A stretch of 11,045 bases of DNA from the IMG/VR virus record IMGVR_UViG_3300031902_000927. One strand, given 5' to 3'. The number at the start of each line of letters is the position of its first letter. Position 1 is the stretch's first letter. The translations under genes were made by a program, and so were the position numbers. The notes below the pieces were generated by a model. That model had not been told where the DNA came from, searched no databases, and saw only the letters and a list, made by a program, of their open reading frames with translations. Of the stretch, positions 1 to 6,262 are shown one piece after another. Origin of the DNA: a virus. Lineage: Duplodnaviria > Heunggongvirae > Uroviricota > Caudoviricetes.

Positions 1-1263
1 AGTAAATATTTTCTTTCTCGAATATTTTCCATATTTTACTGATGGTGTTTGATAAGAAGTAGAAGCATTACTAATTAATACAACTTTATTGAAAATTTTA
101 TTAACCGTTTGACAAATAGAATTTCCATCATTATCATATGCACAGAATACAATTACATATCTACTCAATTTATCGAATTTAACTTGTGTCGTGAATAAAT
201 TTTTATCTTTAGTTAATGTTTTTGTTATTCCATCATAAGTCATAGTTACGTTTTTTACATCATTATTATCTGTTGCTAAAACTGTTATATCATTTGCTAC
301 ATAAACTCTATCTGTAGAAAATGTTATATTCTCAATTACAGGATTGATATTATCGATAACAGTTATATTTATTGGTATCATTTGAGTAACATTACCTGCC
401 GTTATATTCAAAGAAATTGAATAATTTCCAGAAGTTTGAACTGTAGGTACTTGTGCTTGAATGTCAATATAAACGTAATTTTTTCTATATAAAGTTTGAG
501 TTAATGGAATAGTAATCATACTGCTTCCAGAACCAAATTTATTTATATACAATTCTACATCAAAATTTCCTCTATTTTGAACAACAATTCTTCCAAGATA
601 TTTTCCTTCTCCAGATTTTATTGTATTTAACGACGTAAAATTGCTTAAATCAATAGTCCAATTAAGATTTTTTTGAACATTAAAATTTTTAGTCTTTTCT
701 ATTCCATTAATTAAATATCTTATACTGTAAGCACCTGTTTGAACATCATCATCTACTCTAAGTTGAGTATTTACAATATCTTGAGAACCTGTTATTGTGA
801 AATTTGTTTTAGAAAATGTTAAATTAAATCCAGTTGGTATATAACTTGTTTCTATTTTTATAGTATTATTTGTTTCTGGAGTTGCTGTTATTATAGTCGA
901 TAAAGAAGAATTTATCATCGAAGTTAAAACATAATCTCCAGTTAATGTAAAATAAAAATCAGAACCATTGACTAAAATCATCTCTTGCTGATTAGGATTT
1001 TTAATTCTAACTGAATCATTGCCGTTCCATTTCATTACATCATATCTTTGAACTGTTAAATTAGTGAATGTGCCTTTAACATAATTTGAAGGTGTATATG
1101 TTTGTGCTAAAAATAGTATATTTCCAAAATTATTATCTCCATTAATAACATCTGTTTGTAATAAATCTGTCGTAGTGTATTGTGGAAATGATGCTGAAAC
1201 CATATGTACTGAAATCATTGCTATCAATAAACTAAATATTGATAAAATACTTTTCTTATTCAT
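1..1263 (-). CDS. Secreted/surface glycoprotein with signal peptide and probable Ig-like beta-sandwich domains (partial, 421 aa in window, continues past left edge; not in ORF track)
   Basis: Hand translation from ATG 1263-1261 is open to position 1: MNKKSILSIFSLLIAMISVHMVSA|SFPQYTTT...KYSRKKIFT. It has basic + hydrophobic + VSA signal-peptide structure, 16 N-x-S/T sequons and is rich in T/N/I/V. Ig-like segments include VIDNINPVIENIT and VLATDNNDVKNVT...FCAYDNDGNSIC. GGTGA RBS lies 6 nt upstream; TAATG overlap with the upstream gene. Confidence 0.85.
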   Translation of the reverse strand, partial: MNKKSILSIFSLLIAMISVHMVSASFPQYTTTDLLQTDVINGDNNFGNILFLAQTYTPSNYVKGTFTNLTVQRYDVMKWNGNDSVRIKNPNQQEMILVNGSDFYFTLTGDYVLTSMINSSLSTIITATPETNNTIKIETSYIPTGFNLTFSKTNFTITGSQDIVNTQLRVDDDVQTGAYSIRYLINGIEKTKNFNVQKNLNWTIDLSNFTSLNTIKSGEGKYLGRIVVQNRGNFDVELYINKFGSGSSMITIPLTQTLYRKNYVYIDIQAQVPTVQTSGNYSISLNITAGNVTQMIPINITVIDNINPVIENITFSTDRVYVANDITVLATDNNDVKNVTMTYDGITKTLTKDKNLFTTQVKFDKLSRYVIVFCAYDNDGNSICQTVNKIFNKVVLISNASTSYQTPSVKYGKYSRKKIFT

Positions 1264-1463
1264 TATTCTTCACCCTTCTTTTTAAGAATCCAATCTTCAA
1301 AATCTTTACTATGTTTAGAACATAAATCTAAAACTTTTGTACTCCAAAACTTATGTAAATTTACAGTCGATTGATTTTCTCTTGCAATTCCTTCTTCTAA
1401 CTGTTTATTACAAATATCACATCGAATGATAGTTCTGGGCATTAAACCTAATGTTTCTTGCAT
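1263..1463 (-). CDS. Small putative zinc-finger protein (66 aa)
   Basis: CDIC...C-S-K-H ligand pattern (CxxC + CxxH). GGAGG RBS 7 nt upstream. Start abuts the upstream stop (TAA ATG) and the stop overlaps the downstream ATG. Confidence 0.7.
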   Translation of the reverse strand: MQETLGLMPRTIIRCDICNKQLEEGIARENQSTVNLHKFWSTKVLDLCSKHSKDFEDWILKKKGEE

Positions 1464-1658
1464 TTATTTTCCTCCACTCTTTTTGTAGAAAAGTGCATTT
1501 GCTCCATAACCGAAAATTGCGACCATAAAGAATAATAACATCATCATAAAAAGCCAATTATTCATCGCATCGATATATGCTTGAACTCTAGTTAGCCCTA
1601 ACATAATCAAAGTAACTATACAAGAAATGCACAATGCCATTATTAGATTTTTTTCCAC
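1464..1658 (-). CDS. Small membrane protein with two predicted TM helices (64 aa)
   Basis: Two hydrophobic stretches (LIMALCISCIVTLIMLGL; WLFMMMLLFFMVAIFGYGANALFY) and a basic tail. GTG start 3 nt after the upstream stop, preceded by AGGTG. Confidence 0.7.
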   Translation of the reverse strand: MEKNLIMALCISCIVTLIMLGLTRVQAYIDAMNNWLFMMMLLFFMVAIFGYGANALFYKKSGGK

Positions 1659-1661
1659 GTC

Positions 1662-2336
1662 TTACACCTTCTGTAACTTTTTCTTCATCAAATTGACAAT
1701 CTCAATGCTTGAGTAATTGTTCAATTTTATACTGAAAGATTTACATATCATATTTTTGTAATCTTCTGTACTTCCACATTTTTGAATGAATATACGATGA
1801 GTATGTGCTTTTTTATCATCATTTGAAAATATTATATCAGTATCATTTTGTTCTTTAATTATATTTTCTAGCAGCTCTTTTGTTTTTGTAGTACAATTCA
1901 AAATATCTCCAGGATATTTAATAACTAAAGCTCTTTTGTCGAGTTGTGAAGTTTGCATATTATCAATCACCACTCTGTATTTGTTATTATTTGAATAAAC
2001 TAACTTATCTTTTAAATTTTCAATTGTTTTTTTATTATCTTTATCAATTTTGAAATTAATTACAAATTCTTTAGTTTGTTTTGTAATAGTATCGATTAAC
2101 TTCAGTTTAATCTCTTGTCCATTATTAGATGTCTTAACACGACGTTTCATTAAGTTAAATTCATTCTGAAATGTTTCTTCCGATAAAAATGTTTTCGAAC
2201 CACTCAAATTATTTAAATAAATTTGAATAATAAACTTATTTCCTTTTGGTATTTCTATATTTTCTATCGTGCGCACAAAGTTAGAAAGAGAACAAGAGTT
2301 TATATAATTTTTGATTTTGGAACAACTTTTTAACAC
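1662..2336 (-). CDS. Putative degenerate (likely catalytically inactive) RecA/RadA/KaiC-fold protein (224 aa; start uncertain)
   Basis: RecA-family motifs occur in order: SLS...IPKG..IIQIY-LNNLSGSKT (degenerate Walker A), LIDTI (cf. RadA YIDTE), RVVIDN (Walker B), DIIFSND (cf. RecA LIFINQ), AHTHRIFIQKCG...ICK (cf. Rad51 AHASTTRLYLRKG...ICK). The GTG start has no clear RBS. Confidence 0.5.
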   Translation of the reverse strand: MLKSCSKIKNYINSCSLSNFVRTIENIEIPKGNKFIIQIYLNNLSGSKTFLSEETFQNEFNLMKRRVKTSNNGQEIKLKLIDTITKQTKEFVINFKIDKDNKKTIENLKDKLVYSNNNKYRVVIDNMQTSQLDKRALVIKYPGDILNCTTKTKELLENIIKEQNDTDIIFSNDDKKAHTHRIFIQKCGSTEDYKNMICKSFSIKLNNYSSIEIVNLMKKKLQKV

Positions 2337-2445
2337 TTTTGATTGGTTTTTATATAAAATTCTTGATTTTATTGATAATAAAGTTAAAAAAATTTAAATG
2401 TTCGATTTTTTAAAAAAACTAGCAATTTTTTACGTACGTATCAAC

Positions 2446-2484
2446 TTTATATAATGAGTGAACACAAAACGTGTGTTTATATAA
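2446..2484 (+). promoter_or_regulatory. Tandem archaeal TATA-like boxes (TTTATATAA at 2446-2454 and 2476-2484)
   Basis: Two identical TTTATATAA 30 bp apart with an AACACA/TGTGTT inverted repeat (2461-2477) between them. The second box lies ~25 nt before the GC-rich islet and hairpin region. The AT-rich background weakens the call. Confidence 0.3.
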
Positions 2485-2504
2485 TCAAATTTATAATAAT
2501 TGAA

Positions 2505-2812
2505 GAGTATCGCGCAACATCAGACGGCGGCGCGGCGCAATTCATAAAATTTAAATATTTGTTCAACAATTATAACTTCATACACATAGTAGTCGGCCTA
2601 ACGTCAATAAATTGTCCTGGGCAAGTTCCAATTCCCTTTGCCCAGGATTTTTCTAATCATCTATATAGAATTTTGTCGCATCCAACGATTTGAACTTTTG
2701 GGTTAGAATTGTCATATCGCAAGAATGACACACTATCAAATTTGTGATTTCATCTAATCCAAAAGTTCTTTTTGACAATCGCGAAAATGATAGTATTTCT
2801 AAGTTTGTCAGA
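2505..2812 (+). ncRNA. Candidate structured non-coding RNA (or ssDNA hairpin array) of unknown family
   Basis: 10-bp stem 2615-2624/2638-2647. 16-bp stem 2692-2707/2753-2768 with one G-U pair, enclosing a TGTCAT-A-TC-GCAA-GA-ATGACA hairpin (GNRA loop). Stem 2773-2778/2805-2810. Complementary loops ACTATCA 2732-2738 / TGATAGT 2788-2794. No family recognised. Confidence 0.35.
2615..2652 (+). terminator. GC-rich hairpin followed by T-tract (terminator-like)
   Basis: TCCTGGGCAA (2615-2624) / TTGCCCAGGA (2638-2647) perfect 10-bp inverted repeat followed by TTTTT. Confidence 0.35.
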
Positions 2813-2839
2813 TTCTTTAAAAGTTTATATAAATTCTTA

Positions 2840-2996
2840 AAATCTCAAAAATCTCAAAATGTAAAATTAAATCTCAAAATGATTTTCGTCACCATATAGA
2901 AATAATTAATTTTAATTTTCGTCACTATAAAATAATTAAAATCGTTTTGAGATTTTTTACATTTGATTAAAAGTTTTAAGCTAATATTTTGAGATT
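2840..2996. repeat. Iteron-like cluster A: 3x AATCTCAAAA then 2x TTTTGAGATT, arranged as an imperfect inverted repeat around a tandem ATTTTCGTCAC repeat
   Basis: ATCTCA at 2842, 2851, 2871; TGAGAT at 2948, 2990. Arms 2869-2886/2938-2955 pair at 17/18 positions. ATTTTCGTCAC at 2882-2892 and 2915-2925. Confidence 0.85.
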
Positions 2997-3091
2997 ATTT
3001 TTAAATTTATATAATTTATAATTTTTTAAAAATTTTACAAGCTTAAATATATAATATTATATATAATATATATCACTTTAATATATATCAA
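2997..3091. other. Extremely AT-rich tract, putative DNA-unwinding element of a replication origin
   Basis: 6 G/C in 95 nt by hand count; contains the 18-bp palindrome ATATATAATATTATATAT (3047-3064); bracketed by the two TGAGAT clusters. Confidence 0.6.
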
Positions 3092-3172
3092 TGAGATTAT
3101 TGAGATTCTTGAGATTCTTGATATCATACGTCATATGATGATTGGGTTATCTCAAGAATCTCAATAATCTCA
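3092..3172. repeat. Iteron-like cluster B: perfect 24-bp inverted repeat built from 9-bp TGAGATT(A/C)T units
   Basis: TGAGATTATTGAGATTCTTGAGAT (3092-3115) is the exact reverse complement of ATCTCAAGAATCTCAATAATCTCA (3149-3172). The 33-nt spacer contains an inner ATCATA/TATGAT inverted repeat (3123-3128/3134-3139). Confidence 0.9.
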
Positions 3173-3314
3173 AGGTTTTCTATCTTTGATAGTGGGAGTG
3201 GCTTCTGATATATACAATTTGATAGTTTTAGTTAATTTTTATGATTCTTTATATTAAATCAAAAACTATTTAAAGATGTGATTGATTTTTAATTTTGGTG
3301 TGGGATGATTGTTT

Positions 3315-3743
3315 ATGGTCGGAGAGTTAGAGGATAATAAATCTGATATTACTAAAGAATATAATACTACTAAAGATTTAGAAGATTTTACAAAAACGTA
3401 TTTTTCTAAAGACGATGATGTTAGTTATTCTGTTAGAGAAATATTTAAAAAATATACTTCTCAATATCCTAAAACATTTTGGATGATGTTTGGTCGTAAG
3501 AATTTGAATTTGTTCTATAAGTATTGGTTGCAGCATCAACAAGCAGATGTCGAGTTCGATTGGGTTGTTGAAAAAGAATTTTTTTATATCAATGAAGAAG
3601 ATTGGAAGAATTATATCAAAAGATTAGAATCATATTCTGGGCTTAAAATAAGCGAAGATAAACAATCATTTGTAATAGAAGGAGATAAAAGATTAAAGTT
3701 TGAAAAGATGTTTAAAGAAGCAATAAATTTGGAGGACCAATAA
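3315..3743 (+). CDS. Stand-alone paralog of the N-terminal domain of the adjacent MCM-like helicase (142 aa from ATG 3315; track start TTG 3309); candidate origin-binding/loader protein
   Basis: Gapless alignment of track residues 37-138 with helicase residues 15-116 gives 48/102 identities (KTFW..FGRKN, YWL, EFF..EE.W..Y..RL..YSG, QSF.IEGDK.L.F). TAATG coupling to the helicase. Function is inferred. Confidence 0.85.
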   Translation: MVGELEDNKSDITKEYNTTKDLEDFTKTYFSKDDDVSYSVREIFKKYTSQYPKTFWMMFGRKNLNLFYKYWLQHQQADVEFDWVVEKEFFYINEEDWKNYIKRLESYSGLKISEDKQSFVIEGDKRLKFEKMFKEAINLEDQ

Positions 3744-6262
3744 TGGAATCTCCCATCAATCAAATTGAGTTTTCTCAAATTGATGAAGTTAATCCTAAAA
3801 TAAGGGAGTTGTTCAAAAATTTTATTTCTAAAGATAGTAAAACATTTTGGTCTAAATTTGGAAGGAAAAATTTTCATTTGATGTTTCAATATTGGCTTAA
3901 ATATAAACAAAATAATCTTGATTTTGAGTGGATTGTAAAAAGAGAATTTTTTGGTATGGGTGAAGAAGAATGGGAAAAATATGTTGAAAGACTATTTAAC
4001 TATTCTGGAATAATAGTTAGTCCAGATTTACAATCATTTACAATTGAAGGAGATAAGAAATTAAGATTTGATAGTATTTACAATCAAGCGTTTGAGTTTT
4101 GTGAAAGAAGAGATTCCAAAGTCAAAGAATTAGATACTCAAAATGAGAGTGTAGAAGGCATAGAAGTAAATTCAGAAGGAAAATATGAAATTAAAAATGA
4201 AATTGTTACAAACAATGTTGTAGATTCTTTGATACGTAAAATTGCTCCATTTATTCCAGAGTTTAAGTTAATGGGTGATTTAACACAGATAAATTATTTA
4301 GAAGACAATTATGAATCTATACAAAGAGTTAAAACTAAAGTTCTAAAAAGAATTAGATTAAAGGTTCAAATTAAGTGGATAGCAGATTACATTTATGTTT
4401 GTCCGAGATGCAAGGTATCATTACTTAAAGAACCAGACGAGATGTCTGCGAAGTCTATAAGTCATTTCCCTTGCCCAATGAGTGGAACAACTCCTGTTGC
4501 AATATCAAGAGGAGCATACAAAGAAGGAAAAACTCTAAATCTTTATTGTTATGAAGTATATGTTTTTGATGCTAATAACAACAAAGATAAAAAACAATTT
4601 TTCAGTTTTGATAGTAATTTAGCAAGAGGATATTATATGATGGATGTAGTCAATTTTAAAGGAAGAATTGTTGCACCAGATGATAGAAATAAAAAAACTG
4701 TAATTTTAGGTGTTGAAAGAATAACTCCGAAATTAGGATTTGAATTTAATAGACTTAGAGGAATGGAACTTGCTAGAAAATATGGAGTTAAATATCATAA
4801 AATATTTGATATTCAAGCAGGTATTATTGATTATTATAAGACTAAGAATATTATAATTAAACCAGAAATGGGTGGATTAATACAACAATATTTATTGATG
4901 AGTGCTTTAATGAAAGTAGTTTTTAAACATCAATATTATTTAATTTCTGTAATAGGAGATACGTCCTTATCTAAAACATATCCTTCAAAATTGTTCTGTG
5001 AGATATTAGATACAGATTATGAATATGTTTCGAGAGATACTTTTTCAGAAGCAGGATTTTTAGGTGGTGTTAATGTTAATTACAATATTGGTGGAGTTAA
5101 TATGTCACAATTTCAAGAGGGAATTGTAACAACAGCAGGTTTATTAACACTAGATGAAGCAGAAAATTTTTATGATTTAAATGAACCTTATAATTCTTTA
5201 TTGAAGTCGATGCAGAATGAATCTTCTAATATACGTAAAATTGGTGGTGAAGAAGTACCATTGAATTGTACACCAATAATTTTGTGTAATTTATTTAAAC
5301 ATCATCGTAATGAGAATGAGAAAGAAAAATCTTATATTTCAGAAATCAAACAACTTTATTATCGTAGAATAGCCAAAGTTGATGAAACAGAGTTAGCACA
5401 ATATCATAAAAAGACAAGAATTGATTCAGATAGATATGTTATGCAGCAAGATTTATTTTTACCATTACAATTTATAGAGAATAAATATTTACAACAAGTT
5501 ATTGGATGGATAAGGAATAAGTATAAACACAATGATTTATGTTGGTACACAGGAGGAACATTAGCTGCTCAAAATAGAATTTTCTTTGATTGTATATGTA
5601 AAATTAATGAATATGTAAATGATGATGAAGAGTCATTTACAGATGTAGGTAGTGTTGGAGCACATAATCAAAATCAAACTAATTTACCAACGGAGGATTT
5701 CTGTTATAGCGTTCGAAAGTATTTGCTTGGTGATAAAGATATTGGATTAACTTATTTTGGAAGAGAAAAAAATAATTCAGATATAGAAGAGCAGATTAAA
5801 AAATTAAGTGCTAATGTTGAAAAATATCTTAAAGGAGAAGGTAAATTCATTGAAACACATTTTAAAGATGGAGCAAGAAGAGTTGATAGTAAAATACAAG
5901 AATTAATAGTTGCACTTTATATTGGTGTACAATTAATTAATGATATTGATGCAACAGATTTAGATTCAGCAACTAAAGATTATATGTCAAATGTTTTATT
6001 AAAAACAAAAAGAGGAGTTACTGTAGATGAATATAATTTTATTTCTCATACATATCATCCAAATAAAGAAATTATTGAAGCAAAAATATTAAATGAATTT
6101 GAATATTATACAGATTTTATTAATCAAGAAGCAGAGGATAAATTAAAAGAGAAAGGAAGAGAAGAAGGTAAGGCAGAAGTATTAGCAGAGTTTGGATTAA
6201 ATAAAATAATAAGTTTAGATGATGATAAAAAGAAAACTGGAAAAGACGGTGACGAAGAATGA
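3743..6262 (+). CDS. mcm: Divergent MCM-family AAA+ replicative helicase (839 aa)
   Basis: Zn-finger CPRC (220-223)...HFPC (241-244). Walker A GDTSLSKT (405-412; cf. GDPGxAKS), SEAGFLGGV (cf. SAAGLTAAV), Walker B LTLDE (468-472), MQNESSNIRKIGG (cf. MEQQTISIAKAG), sensor-1 N516, QNRIFFD (cf. SRFD arginine finger, R612), sensor-2 ARR (711-713). GGAGG RBS 7 nt upstream. Confidence 0.85.
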   Translation: MESPINQIEFSQIDEVNPKIRELFKNFISKDSKTFWSKFGRKNFHLMFQYWLKYKQNNLDFEWIVKREFFGMGEEEWEKYVERLFNYSGIIVSPDLQSFTIEGDKKLRFDSIYNQAFEFCERRDSKVKELDTQNESVEGIEVNSEGKYEIKNEIVTNNVVDSLIRKIAPFIPEFKLMGDLTQINYLEDNYESIQRVKTKVLKRIRLKVQIKWIADYIYVCPRCKVSLLKEPDEMSAKSISHFPCPMSGTTPVAISRGAYKEGKTLNLYCYEVYVFDANNNKDKKQFFSFDSNLARGYYMMDVVNFKGRIVAPDDRNKKTVILGVERITPKLGFEFNRLRGMELARKYGVKYHKIFDIQAGIIDYYKTKNIIIKPEMGGLIQQYLLMSALMKVVFKHQYYLISVIGDTSLSKTYPSKLFCEILDTDYEYVSRDTFSEAGFLGGVNVNYNIGGVNMSQFQEGIVTTAGLLTLDEAENFYDLNEPYNSLLKSMQNESSNIRKIGGEEVPLNCTPIILCNLFKHHRNENEKEKSYISEIKQLYYRRIAKVDETELAQYHKKTRIDSDRYVMQQDLFLPLQFIENKYLQQVIGWIRNKYKHNDLCWYTGGTLAAQNRIFFDCICKINEYVNDDEESFTDVGSVGAHNQNQTNLPTEDFCYSVRKYLLGDKDIGLTYFGREKNNSDIEEQIKKLSANVEKYLKGEGKFIETHFKDGARRVDSKIQELIVALYIGVQLINDIDATDLDSATKDYMSNVLLKTKRGVTVDEYNFISHTYHPNKEIIEAKILNEFEYYTDFINQEAEDKLKEKGREEGKAEVLAEFGLNKIISLDDDKKKTGKDGDEE

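Noticed and set aside
1785-1812. AHTHRIF as an HUH endonuclease (rolling-circle Rep) motif
   Set aside because: No convincing motif I or YxxK. The segment fits better as the Rad51/RadA-like AH...R strand within an ordered RecA motif series.
2406-2440. Palindromes TTTTTTAAAAAA and TACGTACGTA
   Set aside because: Short or low-complexity, single occurrences with no supporting context.
2454-2693. 79-aa + strand ORF from the track
   Set aside because: No RBS, the ATG overlaps a TATA-like box, no recognisable motif, and it runs across the GC islet and hairpin that better explain the sequence. Not excluded entirely.
2505-2812. tRNA or known riboswitch in the hairpin region
   Set aside because: No cloverleaf, TTC T-loop in context or CCA end, and no conserved core of a riboswitch family that I recognise.
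2840-3172. Repeats as a CRISPR mini-array
   Set aside because: Units are 6-11 bp, occur in both orientations and lack unique ~30-40 nt spacers. The loop GTTCCAATTCCC at 2625 resembles a CRISPR repeat start but occurs once.
3720-3750. Programmed frameshift fusing the 142-aa ORF to MCM
   Set aside because: No X XXY YYZ slippery site, and MCM has its own GGAGG RBS; ordinary TAATG coupling explains the junction.
3611-3910. 99-aa minus-strand ORF
   Set aside because: Antisense shadow of two well-supported + strand genes.
5288-5578. MCM insertion as a mini-intein
   Set aside because: No N-terminal C/S splice residue or C-terminal HN-C/S/T junction, and it is too short.
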